A DNA stretch of 64,000 nt from Nitrospinales bacterium (GCA_047610985.1 JBLFWU010000008.1:7025-71024), one strand, 5' to 3'. Shown: positions 47,422 through 56,952, counted from the first letter of the stretch. The notes: generated by a model not told the origin, from the letters alone. Program-made: numbers and translations.

Positions 47422-48804
47422 ATGACTTCTTCTATTAACCCACAAATTTTCCGGGAATATGATATTCGCGGCATCGTGGATCAAGACCTCACCTCAGAAT
47501 CTGTAGCAAGTATTGGCAAAGCCATTGGTACCTATATCAGGAGAGGCGGAGGCAAAACAATAGTGGTTGGCAGGGATGTGCGTTCGAGTTCTATTGGGTT
47601 TAGAGATATTCTTTCGAAGGCATTAAATTCGACCGGATGTGATGTCATCGATATCGGAATGGTGCCTACCCCGGTGACGTATTTTGCTCTGCATCATTTT
47701 AAAGCCGATGGCGGGGTGATGATTACCGGTAGTCACAATCCACCAGAGTTCAATGGATTCAAAATCAGCCAGGGTCTGCACAGTTTGTACGGTGAAAAGG
47801 TGCAGGCGTTGAAAAGATTAATCGAAGCAAATGATTTTGAAACAGGAACTGGCAATACAAGACAGCAAGAGGTGCTGGGCGATTATATGGAAAAGATATG
47901 TTCCATTTTAAAGATATCGCGAAAGGTAAAAGTAGTGGTTGATGGCGGCAACGGCTGTTTTGGAATTGTTGGTCCGGATCTTTTAAGAAAGCTGGACCAA
48001 AACCCTGTCGAACTGTTCAGCGAACCCGATGGCACCTTTCCCAATCACCATCCTGATCCTACGGTTACGGAACACCTGACTCACTTGATTGCAAAAGTTC
48101 GCTCTGAAAATGCAGAACTCGGTATCGGGTTCGATGGCGATGCAGACCGGATCGGGGTTGTCGATGAAAAAGGAAATATCTTATGGGGAGACCAACTGCT
48201 CACCATTTTTGCTCGCGATATTCTTTCCCGGAACCCAGGAGCTACCATTGTGGGGGAAGTAAAATGTTCTCAGAACCTTTATCAGGATATTGAAAAGCAT
48301 GGGGGAGTCCCTGTTATGGCGGCGGCCGGGCACTCTCTGATAAAAAATAAAATGCGTGAAACAGGAGCTCTGTTGGCTGGAGAAATGAGTGGTCATATAT
48401 GTTTTGCCGACAATTACTACGGTTTTGATGATGCCATTTTCGCAGCCTGCCGTATCCTTCAAATTGTAGCGGAATCGAAGCAAAAGGTTTCTGAAATGCT
48501 TTCCGACTTGCCGAAAACAGCTTCTACTCCTGAGATTCGGATTGATTGTCCTGATGACAAGAAATTTGAAATTGTCCGCGAGTTAACAGAAATTTTCAGA
48601 GATAAATATGATGTTATAGATATCGATGGCGTTCGCATTAAGTTTGATGGTGGTTGGGCTTTGATACGCGCTTCAAACACACAGGCTATTCTGGTGCTGC
48701 GATTTGAGGCTATCAACGAAGAAAGATTGCAAGAACTGGTGGTCTTGGTGAAAAAGCAAATGGATAAGTATCAGCCCGTTGTTCAATTCGATTACAAGTC
48801 ATGA
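47422..48804 (+). CDS. Phosphomannomutase/phosphoglucomutase (alpha-D-phosphohexomutase)
   Basis: Phosphoserine loop TGSHNPPEFNGFK, metal loop GFDGDADR, sugar loop GEMSGH. Confidence 0.9.
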   Translation: MTSSINPQIFREYDIRGIVDQDLTSESVASIGKAIGTYIRRGGGKTIVVGRDVRSSSIGFRDILSKALNSTGCDVIDIGMVPTPVTYFALHHFKADGGVMITGSHNPPEFNGFKISQGLHSLYGEKVQALKRLIEANDFETGTGNTRQQEVLGDYMEKICSILKISRKVKVVVDGGNGCFGIVGPDLLRKLDQNPVELFSEPDGTFPNHHPDPTVTEHLTHLIAKVRSENAELGIGFDGDADRIGVVDEKGNILWGDQLLTIFARDILSRNPGATIVGEVKCSQNLYQDIEKHGGVPVMAAAGHSLIKNKMRETGALLAGEMSGHICFADNYYGFDDAIFAACRILQIVAESKQKVSEMLSDLPKTASTPEIRIDCPDDKKFEIVRELTEIFRDKYDVIDIDGVRIKFDGGWALIRASNTQAILVLRFEAINEERLQELVVLVKKQMDKYQPVVQFDYKS

Positions 48805-49181
48805 TAAAAAAATACTTGCACACACGGTTCAGAGTGTCTGACATGGATAAATCGATTTCTTTTTACCAGGATATTCTGGGGATGGAAGTACTCGAGCAGA
48901 AAACTTCACCGCGCGGTTCCAAATTGGTGTTCCTGAAGTTTCCGGGTATGGATTGCGAATTGGAATTATGCGCTTTCCCTGATTCAGGGTCGGTCCATGT
49001 TCCTGAAGATTTGGTCCATCTTGCTTTTGAAGTGGATGACCTGGAAATGTGTATAGAAAAACTCAATGCGTCTGGTGTTCCTATTACAGAAGGCCCCATA
49101 GAGTCTTCAAATGGAACAAAGTTTATATTTACCGAAGACCCGGATAAATATGAAATCGAATTGATGTATTACAAAGATTAA
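48801..49181 (+). CDS. Glyoxalase I / VOC family protein
   Basis: HTRFRVSDMDKSISFY... and HLAFEVDD motifs; 126 aa. ATGA overlap with the preceding gene. Confidence 0.75.
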   Translation: MIKKYLHTRFRVSDMDKSISFYQDILGMEVLEQKTSPRGSKLVFLKFPGMDCELELCAFPDSGSVHVPEDLVHLAFEVDDLEMCIEKLNASGVPITEGPIESSNGTKFIFTEDPDKYEIELMYYKD

Positions 49182-49415
49182 ACTTTGGTCACGATAACTC
49201 CAACATATCCCTCCACTTGTTCTTCGAAAGGTTGCCTAAATGACATGCTAGTTTATTTTCTAATTAGACTAAATTTTCAGGTTAGAATTTTTCTGCTACC
49301 ACTGGCGTGCGTTGAGGGGGTCGATTGTTGGAAGGATTCATTTTAGGCCATCCTCTTTCTTGTTAACTCCAAGTTGAAAGAGGAAGAAATTAGCCAAGGT
49401 GGAAAAGTAAGGAAC

Positions 49416-49787
49416 TTAGAAAATAAGCCCGTTTTTCTTAAGCCAGTCTTCAGTATTAAACTTTTTGTTGGAAAATTCCTGAAACTCGATTTCTTTTTTG
49501 GAAAGCTGTTGCCCATCGATGAACTGCGTCTTTTTAGAAGACTTCTTGCGCGCGCGTTTTTTTGGAGCCGGTTGTTCTTCGGTGAGTTCTTCTTCCACTT
49601 CTAATTCAAGTGAGTCGGTCAGCACTTCCATTTTAAGTACAAGAACCATAAAGCTTTTTGGACATATTTCTTCGTTTTTCTGGATTTCCGCAACAATCTT
49701 TTTTACCTTAGACGATGTCATTACCGCTTCCGTAATGGCTTTGGATAATTTTTCAAAACTGCGTTCAGCCCCGTCGGATTCACTCAC
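49416..49787 (-). CDS. Hypothetical acidic/basic 123-aa protein
   Basis: It is the only long ORF in a gene-sparse stretch. It has a charged bipartite composition (acidic EVEEELTEEQ then basic KKRARKKSSKK). No recognisable family. Confidence 0.45.
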   Translation of the reverse strand: MSESDGAERSFEKLSKAITEAVMTSSKVKKIVAEIQKNEEICPKSFMVLVLKMEVLTDSLELEVEEELTEEQPAPKKRARKKSSKKTQFIDGQQLSKKEIEFQEFSNKKFNTEDWLKKNGLIF

Positions 49788-49909
49788 AAAATCCCCCTTT
49801 CGGTTTCAAAAAAACGAATAAATTTTTATTTCTTGTACTTATCTAACCTTAAACCTCAGCTATTCCCTTGTCAAGGGGACCTTTGTAAAAGCATGAAAAT
49901 GGAGGATAA

Positions 49910-49944
49910 GTTATAATCCCCGTTTCATAACGGGTGGTTATAAC
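49910..49944. other. 35-nt extended imperfect palindrome/hairpin (GTTATAAT-cc-CCGTT tcat AACGG-gtg-GTTATAAC)
   Basis: A 6-bp inner stem (49919-49924 / 49929-49934) plus an 8-bp outer stem (49910-49917 / 49937-49944). It lies in the divergent region between the 49787(-) and 50033(+) genes. Confidence 0.55.
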
Positions 49945-50032
49945 AAGCCCGAATTATAGTCAAGGCGGATGTGATTTTTAAACACTTTCCTTATTGTAAA
50001 TAGGAAATTTTGTAGAAAAGGTTATACGTTTT

Positions 50033-50380
50033 ATGGAATTTTTTTCCAATATTCTAGCTTCTCCGTCCCTCGTCTGGGTCGTGACGGCAATGGGGTTTTA
50101 TTTGGTCAATATATTTTTGGGCCTGTTTATTGCCTTTCAGAAAAACACGGTCGATACTCGGAAAATACATAAATACCTTTTTTACTCCATCGCGTTCTGT
50201 TTGATTTACTTCCTCATTATGAATCAGACGCATAATGAGAACACGTTGATAGATTATGCGGTGGTTCTATACATGGTTGCACTTGTCCCCTTCAGCAAAC
50301 GTTGGGATATTTTAGTGCATGCTCTGGTTGCGGTGATTGGGCTGATACTTATGCCTTTGCTCATCGTCCTGCAAACCTAA
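50033..50380 (+). CDS. Hypothetical small integral membrane protein (about 4 TM helices)
   Basis: The 115-aa protein has four hydrophobic segments. No recognisable family. Confidence 0.5.
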   Translation: MEFFSNILASPSLVWVVTAMGFYLVNIFLGLFIAFQKNTVDTRKIHKYLFYSIAFCLIYFLIMNQTHNENTLIDYAVVLYMVALVPFSKRWDILVHALVAVIGLILMPLLIVLQT

Positions 50381-50398
50381 GAGACCACTCGGCGTGGA

Positions 50399-50450
50399 GC
50401 CAGAAGGTCTATTCTCTTAAAGTGAAACTATTGTCTTCAAGCTTCTGGAT
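50399..50450 (+). repeat. Left arm of a 52-bp imperfect inverted repeat flanking the ferredoxin gene
   Basis: gccagaaggtctattctcttaaagtgaaactattgtcttcaagcttctggat matches the reverse complement of 51062-51113 at 45/52 positions (40/45 in the core, 50406-50450). Confidence 0.85.
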
Positions 50451-50611
50451 AGCATTGCTTCTTCTGACAGGAGGTTGACTCTTTGCATTATAGCGAGTGA
50501 TCACAGCAAGCTAGGTGATCCCGGTATTTGGTGTCATGTTGATTTAGTAACAACATCACATAATCATGCAGGCACATAAGGATAGATTTAAGGAGAGTAT
50601 ACTAGCGAACG

Positions 50612-50917
50612 CTAGTCTGCGATGGCGGCTTTGACGGTGATGTCGCCGTAGACTTTTACCCGGCAACCGAGTTTTTGATGGTCTTCGAGTTTGTGGATTT
50701 TTTCAAAGAAAGTACGCCCGTTGACGTTTTCCATGGGCTCAACTTCTACCACGCATTTGGCGCATAAACCAGTTCCTCGACAATTGAGGAATTTGTTGAA
50801 GCCTTTATAAATCTCGGCATCGTTATAAAGAGCCGCCTGCCGTAAATTGGCACCATAACCTGCTTTAAATTCAAAAGTTTCATCGGTTTCTGTGTTGATG
50901 ACTTTTATTTTTGGCAT
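50612..50917 (-). CDS. 2Fe-2S ferredoxin-like protein
   Basis: The 101-aa protein has cysteine pattern C-x5-C-x2-C-x29-C (LNCRGTGLCAKC...LGCRV), close to plant-type 2Fe-2S spacing. Confidence 0.6.
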   Translation of the reverse strand: MPKIKVINTETDETFEFKAGYGANLRQAALYNDAEIYKGFNKFLNCRGTGLCAKCVVEVEPMENVNGRTFFEKIHKLEDHQKLGCRVKVYGDITVKAAIAD

Positions 50918-51061
50918 GATAACCCTTTAGATGTTTAGGTTTCGAGAGCGTCATTAATGCCCGATTAACCGGACAATGTCAATCCCTAATTCTTTAAGTT
51001 GACGGAGTTAATTTGTACTCTGAGCATCCCCCTTGTCAGAGGGAGATCATTGAAGCTCAAC

Positions 51062-51113
51062 ATCTAGAAGCTTGAAGGCAATAGTTTTGCTATAAGAGAA
51101 TAGACCTATTGGC
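51062..51113 (-). repeat. Right arm of the 52-bp imperfect inverted repeat flanking the ferredoxin gene
   Basis: atctagaagcttgaaggcaatagttttgctataagagaatagacctattggc is the reverse complement of the left arm with 7 mismatches. The hairpin at 51026-51047 lies just inside it. Confidence 0.85.
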
Positions 51114-51131
51114 CCGCGGGGGCCTACCCCG

Positions 51132-52949
51132 CTAAATGGAATAATTATGTCCCATTAGTATCTTCTTTTCTTTTAGAAAGTCCTGAATTTTGGTCGATGC
51201 CATTTTTGCATCTTGAGCTTCATCTAAAGACAGGGTGATATCGGGTTCGCCCGTGGGTTGCGAGGCGACTTGTATTTCTATCACCTGGTAAGGGTTCGCC
51301 AGCAGTCTGAGGTCTTCCTGATCTTCTTTGTGGAAAGCGTTGGATGTGGAAATTACCACATGCCCGGCATCGAGAAACAGTTTTGCCACCTCTCCCAGCC
51401 GCCTTGCTGACTCATCTTCAACAGTGGAATTGCTTAAATCAGCCGAGACACCCAGATTCACATTTCTGCGATCTAAAAGGTAGCTCTGGAAATTGTTCTC
51501 AAAAAGATTATGCTCAAGAGTTCTTGCCAAGGGGCCTTTTCCTGATCCCGGTTCGCCGGTGATGAGGATCAATGCGGCACGGTGCCCATTTCGATAAGCG
51601 CGTTCTTCTGGTTTGATGTCGCTTTTTATCCAGTTGAAATCACGGTTACGAACCTCATCTCTGAGTTTGTCTTCTTTAGTAATCGGATTGTAGGTGGTGA
51701 TGATTCCACCACCGCAGACATCGTATTCATCGACCAATACAAAACGTCCCGTACTCGCGATTGATCCAAAAAGATCGAAAGCCACCGGAGATCTCGTTTT
51801 CAGTGTCAGTTCCGCGACATCATTTTTTGCTATGTAGTCTTGATTGCTTAATGTCTCAAGAGTGGAGGCATCGATGGCTTTTTTAAATTCATGGACTTCG
51901 CATTCCACTTCCTGCGTGTTCAGCTTGATTGTGAATTTGCGGCCTTTTTCCAGATTGCGTTTTCCCATCCAGAAAACATTGGCATCAAAAGTTGTGGAAA
52001 CGATAGGTAACTCGTCCATCAAAGTACAAACATCTCCACGCTCGACAAAAATTTGTTCATCCAAAGTGAACCCAATGGATTCCGAAGAGGTTGCTACGTT
52101 GGGTTGTTCGGGAACGCTCCAGGCTTCGATGGTTTTAACGACGGCTTGTTTGCTTGAAGGTGAGAAGATAACACGGTCTCCTACCTTGAGCTTACCTGAT
52201 TCCACACGCCCGGCAATGATTCTGCGTTCGTCAAATTTATAGACGTCTTGAACGGGAAAGCGAAAGGGAAGATGATCGGGTCTCGGTTTTTTCTCGAACT
52301 GGTCAAGCATATTTAAAACCGTGGGGCCTTTGTACCAGGGCATTTCATCTTTCAGTTTGGCAATATTGACACCTAACTTTGCTGAGACGGGAATAAACTC
52401 TCTTGCTTCAACACCTAATGATTCTAAAAATTTGGAGTACTCCGCTTTGATTTTGGAATACACTTTTTCGTCGTAATCCACTAAGTCCATTTTGTTGATG
52501 ACCACGGCCACCTGTGTGAGACCCAGCAGTTTAAGAATGTAGCCGTGTCGGCGAGATTGTTCTTGCACCCCTTCTTTGGCATCGATGAGAAGAAGCGCGG
52601 CTTCTGCATCGGCAGCACCGGTCACCATATTTTTCAGGAACTCCTTATGTCCCGGAGCATCGATGATGACGTATTTTCTTTTTGGGGTATGAAAAAATAT
52701 TTGCGAGGTATCGATGGTGATACCTTGTTCCTGTTCTTCTTGCAATGCGTCTAGTAGAAAGGCAAACTCGAAAGTTTTTCCTTGCTGGGCGCAGATGTCT
52801 TTGATGAAGTCGAGTTTCCCTTCAGGGAGGCTCCCCGTATCCGAGAGCAGACGGCCTACTAAAGTAGACTTACCGTGATCCACATGACCTACGATGACCA
52901 TCCGCATCAAGCGGCTGGAAAGTTCTTGTGCGTTTCCGTTATTGCCCAT
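51132..52949 (-). CDS. cysN: Sulfate adenylyltransferase subunit 1 (CysN GTPase) fused to a degenerate APS-kinase-like C-terminal domain
   Basis: GTPase motifs [18 protein letters not shown]. The C-terminal roughly 160 aa align to CysC but with altered key motifs ([16 protein letters not shown]). Confidence 0.85.
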   Translation of the reverse strand: MGNNGNAQELSSRLMRMVIVGHVDHGKSTLVGRLLSDTGSLPEGKLDFIKDICAQQGKTFEFAFLLDALQEEQEQGITIDTSQIFFHTPKRKYVIIDAPGHKEFLKNMVTGAADAEAALLLIDAKEGVQEQSRRHGYILKLLGLTQVAVVINKMDLVDYDEKVYSKIKAEYSKFLESLGVEAREFIPVSAKLGVNIAKLKDEMPWYKGPTVLNMLDQFEKKPRPDHLPFRFPVQDVYKFDERRIIAGRVESGKLKVGDRVIFSPSSKQAVVKTIEAWSVPEQPNVATSSESIGFTLDEQIFVERGDVCTLMDELPIVSTTFDANVFWMGKRNLEKGRKFTIKLNTQEVECEVHEFKKAIDASTLETLSNQDYIAKNDVAELTLKTRSPVAFDLFGSIASTGRFVLVDEYDVCGGGIITTYNPITKEDKLRDEVRNRDFNWIKSDIKPEERAYRNGHRAALILITGEPGSGKGPLARTLEHNLFENNFQSYLLDRRNVNLGVSADLSNSTVEDESARRLGEVAKLFLDAGHVVISTSNAFHKEDQEDLRLLANPYQVIEIQVASQPTGEPDITLSLDEAQDAKMASTKIQDFLKEKKILMGHNYSI

Positions 52950-53756
52950 TTACATATACCCTCGGGCTCGCAGTTTCTGCATGGCATAGGTATCTTCCTG
53001 ATCCTGTGCCCTACCAGAACGCTCTGATGTTGTTGTGTTGTGTTTTAACTCTTCAACGATCTCTTCCACGTTTTTGGCATTGGAATCTATGGTACCAGTG
53101 CAAGGGGCACAGCCTAATGATCGGTAACGCTTGCCCTCGGGGGTTGCGAAATAGAGATCGATGATGGGGATTTTCTCCCGCAAAATATATTCCCACACAT
53201 TCAATTCTGTCCAATGAAGAATGGGGTGGATGCGAATGTGCGTGTCGTCCGCAAATGTAGTTTTATATTGATCCCATAACTCGGGTGGCTGATCTTTGAA
53301 GTTCCACTCAAAGTTTTTATCTCGCGGTGAGAAATATCTTTCTTTGGCGCGAGTGCCTTCTTCATCACGGCGAATTCCGAGAATGAGTCCAGTGTATCCA
53401 TGCTCGTCCATTATGCATTGCAGGCCCTGGGTTTTGAGGGCTTCACAGCAGGTGATGCGTCCTTTTTCATGGTTCATGCCTTCATCCAATGCTTTCTGGT
53501 TTTTTCCTACGACCAGGTTCAAACCCCACTCCTTCGCATAATGATCACGGTATTCTATCATCGCGGGGATTTTATAAGTGGTGTCAATATGAACCAGAGG
53601 GATTGGGCAATGCCCAAAAAAGGCCTTACGCGCCAGCCAGACCAAAATCGTAGAATCTTTACCAATAGACCACAGCATGGCAAGATTTTTGAAGTTTTTG
53701 TAGGCTTCGCGGAGAATAAAAATGCTTTGATTTTCAAGCTCGTCTAGATGATCCAT
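52950..53756 (-). CDS. cysD: Sulfate adenylyltransferase subunit 2
   Basis: PAPS-reductase-fold PP-loop region ([14 protein letters not shown]); C-terminal GRAQDQE...[10 protein letters not shown]. Abuts the cysN start. Confidence 0.9.
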   Translation of the reverse strand: MDHLDELENQSIFILREAYKNFKNLAMLWSIGKDSTILVWLARKAFFGHCPIPLVHIDTTYKIPAMIEYRDHYAKEWGLNLVVGKNQKALDEGMNHEKGRITCCEALKTQGLQCIMDEHGYTGLILGIRRDEEGTRAKERYFSPRDKNFEWNFKDQPPELWDQYKTTFADDTHIRIHPILHWTELNVWEYILREKIPIIDLYFATPEGKRYRSLGCAPCTGTIDSNAKNVEEIVEELKHNTTTSERSGRAQDQEDTYAMQKLRARGYM

Positions 53757-53888
53757 TTAATACAGAAATTCCTTAATGTGATAGGGAAACTCCACTTTAT
53801 CCTGATTTTTCAATAGAATCAAGGGGGACGAGGATTTTACGGGAAATTAATAGAATGCGCAACGAGAATGCTGCATTTTTAGTGTTTT

Positions 53889-55400
53889 TCAGGAGAAATA
53901 CTTGCGAACCACATCGGGGAAGGGGCAATGCAAGCAGTTATTCTGGCTCTGAGTGCAGAAATCCTGATAAACCTGCATCAGCCCCTGCACCTGCTTTTCG
54001 GAGGTCAGTAGCTGTATCATTTTTTTCTCGTCGCCAAAAATATAATGCTTCATAAACCGGATTAATTTATTGTCGCTGGCTCCTTTACTGATTTGGAATA
54101 TATAATTGAGGCTCTCTTCGAGGTCGCCAAGCTTGCCAGCGCGGGCAAAAATTAATCCGATGGGAAGGCCAATATTGATAATGATTTCGCGTGACCGGGC
54201 GGCGCCGATAAGTTGCTGGGGGCCGGCCAAGGTTTTCCCCCCTGGCGTGTAGTGCTGAGACCAGTAGTCTGTGGCATCTACGCAGAAAAAATTTAAAAGT
54301 TTATCGACTTCTTTTCGCGAGGCATTTTTGATTTTCAAAGTGGAAATGGCTTGAATGAAGTTGGAGAACAGGCCTTTCTTTTCCTGAAGAACAACCAGAT
54401 AAGCCAATCCCGCAATCCGTCTGTAAGGATAGTTCGCCGGACGAATGGCACGAAAACACCAATCCTTTTTTGTCAGCGGCGAATCAGGCAATGAATTTTT
54501 GTAACTTTCCAATATTTTGACTAGCTTGCGCAAAGCCGGTATCTCTTTCCAGTTTTCCGAATCCATCAATCCCGAAGCACCGAAAAGCAATGCCTGATAG
54601 TGAAGAACTCTTTCCTCTCCCTTAAACTTTGTAGGAACCAAATCTCTCAGCGTAGTAAGAGGCAGGGTGTCAGCAAGAATTTGAAACGGTTGTTTATTGT
54701 TGGGGTATCCCAGAGCTTCTGCGACACCTCGGTAAAAGGTTTGCTCGTATCCTTCGATGATGATCGGGTCGTGAAAGCGTTCCAGTTTTCTTAGCACTCT
54801 TGCTTCGCCAGCGGCGTTGAGTAGTTGAGTTAACTTTTCTTCGGATAATTTGGAAAGGGGTTCGTGGCAGAGCCCTACATTGCATTGATTGAGAACCGGA
54901 TAGCTTTCAAAATCGAGTTCATCATTGAGATCTAGGATTCCTTTGGTCAGAAAATCTTTTATCTCAAAATCGAATGTTGCATTATTTTTTTTGTTTTGTT
55001 TAGGTGGTTGTTTTCCTCGTCCCTGCCACATATAGACATGCAAAACGACATTGTCAAAGTCCGGGTTCTTAGAATGACCGTGGCTTTCCCAATCGGTGGC
55101 ATAGACATGCAGTTCTACATCTCCTTCGTATACTTTCCCGTTGACCTTGATTGTTGCGCTAGTGAAGTCGGGGCCTTTGCCAAAATTCCAGTAGCCGGGG
55201 TAGATAATTTCCAGGTTTTGATCGTCCTGGGTCTTGAGCTTGGGAGTACAAAACAACTGGTCGTTCCAGATGCAGCGAATTACTTTTTCGGGGACGCGTA
55301 TCGTGTGATCTTCTTCTCGAACTTCAAACTGATTTAAGACTCGGGTAAATTTCAAATAGGCATCTGAAAATTTTTGCGCCGCGATCATTTGATTTTCCAT
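53889..55400 (-). CDS. DUF2851 family protein
   Basis: N-terminal block IWNDQLF...GPDFTSATIKVNGKVYEGDVELHVYATDWESHGH...VVLHVY is as remembered for DUF2851. Its start overlaps the cysS stop by 16 nt. Confidence 0.65.
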   Translation of the reverse strand: MENQMIAAQKFSDAYLKFTRVLNQFEVREEDHTIRVPEKVIRCIWNDQLFCTPKLKTQDDQNLEIIYPGYWNFGKGPDFTSATIKVNGKVYEGDVELHVYATDWESHGHSKNPDFDNVVLHVYMWQGRGKQPPKQNKKNNATFDFEIKDFLTKGILDLNDELDFESYPVLNQCNVGLCHEPLSKLSEEKLTQLLNAAGEARVLRKLERFHDPIIIEGYEQTFYRGVAEALGYPNNKQPFQILADTLPLTTLRDLVPTKFKGEERVLHYQALLFGASGLMDSENWKEIPALRKLVKILESYKNSLPDSPLTKKDWCFRAIRPANYPYRRIAGLAYLVVLQEKKGLFSNFIQAISTLKIKNASRKEVDKLLNFFCVDATDYWSQHYTPGGKTLAGPQQLIGAARSREIIINIGLPIGLIFARAGKLGDLEESLNYIFQISKGASDNKLIRFMKHYIFGDEKKMIQLLTSEKQVQGLMQVYQDFCTQSQNNCLHCPFPDVVRKYFS

Positions 55401-56824
55401 TCAGTGCCGTTGGCAGTATCTTCAATCAGCACGCCCATTGCAGTTAATTCATCGCGACAGCGGTCGGCATCCGCCCAGTTTTTGGAACTACGCGCGGCAT
55501 TGCGGTCGGTAATCAATTTTTCTATTTTTTTAACGTCGAGATTAAGGTTCTCGTTTTTGATCGCAAACAATTCTTTTTCAAACTGCTCCGGGGTACGGGA
55601 AAACAAACCGAGAATTTTTCCTGCGTTCAGCCATGCATGGGTAGATACCGCAAAATCTTCCAAGCCGTCCTCATCGTTTAGTGCCGAGTTGATGTTTCGC
55701 AGCCCTTCGTTCAGGTGAGCTATAACAACGGCGGTATTTAGGTCATCATTCATTGCCGTTTCAAAAATTTTTGTTAGAGCATGTTTTTTAACCTTGTCCT
55801 GAAACCCTGAAATAGAGTTTGTGTCGAGGTCTTTTAGTTTTTCATTTGCCCCTGCAAGCCCCTCATAAAACCGTGTCGTTACCTTGGTTGCATCTTCGAG
55901 GTTCTTTTCGGAAAAATCTATCGGACTGCGGTATTGACTGCTGATTAAGAATAGTCGCAATACTTCGGGGTGGTATTTTTTGTAAACATCGCGAAGGGTG
56001 AAAAAGTTGCCCAATGATTTCGACATCTTTTCCTTGTCGATGTTGACGAATCCGTTGTGAACCCAATAGCGAACCGGCTGTTTGCCGGTGCAACCGCAGG
56101 ATTGGGCAATTTCGTTTTCATGATGCGGAAATACTAAATCTTTGCCACCCCCATGAATATCAAAGGTGTCACCGAGATATTTTTTGCTCATCGCCGAGCA
56201 TTCGATATGCCAGCCCGGTCTGCCTAGCCCCCAGGGGCTATCCCATGAAGGCTCTCCCGGCTTGCTCTTTTTCCATAACGCGAAATCCAGCGGGTCTTTT
56301 TTGGTGTCGTTGACTTCGACGCGAGCCCCTGACTGCAAATCGTCAATATTTTTTCCGGAGAGGCAACCGTAGTCCTTGAACGATTTTATGGAATAAAAAA
56401 CATCGCCTCCTGATTCATAAGCCTTGTCCTGATCAACAAGAGATTGAATCATCTCCAGCATTTCAGCGATGTGATCGGTGGCTTTCGGTTCTTCAGTGGG
56501 GGATTCGATATTGAGTTCCCCCATATCCTGATGAAAGGCTTCGATGTATTTTCGATTGACCTCCTGCCAGTCGATGCCTTCTTCGTTAGCTCGGTTGATG
56601 ATTTTGTCATCAATGTCGGTGAAGTTGCGGATGAAGCATACATCGTTTCCCAGATATCGCAGATAGCGGTAAAGCGTGTCGAAGGCAATAGCTGCGCGGG
56701 CATGACCGACATGACAGTAGTCGTAGACGGTGACGCCACAGACATACATGCCGACTTGTTTTTCTTTTTGCGGGATGAACTCTTCTTTCTTCCCGCTCAT
56801 GGTATTGAATATTTTTAAACTCAT
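55385..56824 (-). CDS. cysS: Cysteinyl-tRNA synthetase
   Basis: HIGH-type CHVGHAR and KMSKS (EKMSKSLGN). Start moved to ATG 56824 (MSLKIFNTMSGKKEEF). Confidence 0.95.
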   Translation of the reverse strand: MSLKIFNTMSGKKEEFIPQKEKQVGMYVCGVTVYDYCHVGHARAAIAFDTLYRYLRYLGNDVCFIRNFTDIDDKIINRANEEGIDWQEVNRKYIEAFHQDMGELNIESPTEEPKATDHIAEMLEMIQSLVDQDKAYESGGDVFYSIKSFKDYGCLSGKNIDDLQSGARVEVNDTKKDPLDFALWKKSKPGEPSWDSPWGLGRPGWHIECSAMSKKYLGDTFDIHGGGKDLVFPHHENEIAQSCGCTGKQPVRYWVHNGFVNIDKEKMSKSLGNFFTLRDVYKKYHPEVLRLFLISSQYRSPIDFSEKNLEDATKVTTRFYEGLAGANEKLKDLDTNSISGFQDKVKKHALTKIFETAMNDDLNTAVVIAHLNEGLRNINSALNDEDGLEDFAVSTHAWLNAGKILGLFSRTPEQFEKELFAIKNENLNLDVKKIEKLITDRNAARSSKNWADADRCRDELTAMGVLIEDTANGTEWKIK

Positions 56825-56952
56825 CAAGGTCAGCGGGGTTACCCCGCGGTCAATAGTCAAAGATTTTTGAGGCGAACGATTTTCGTTGCGCTTCTATATA
56901 AGTTTACTCTATTTTTTTCAGACGGGGTAGTAGGCCTTGATATTTCCCGCGC

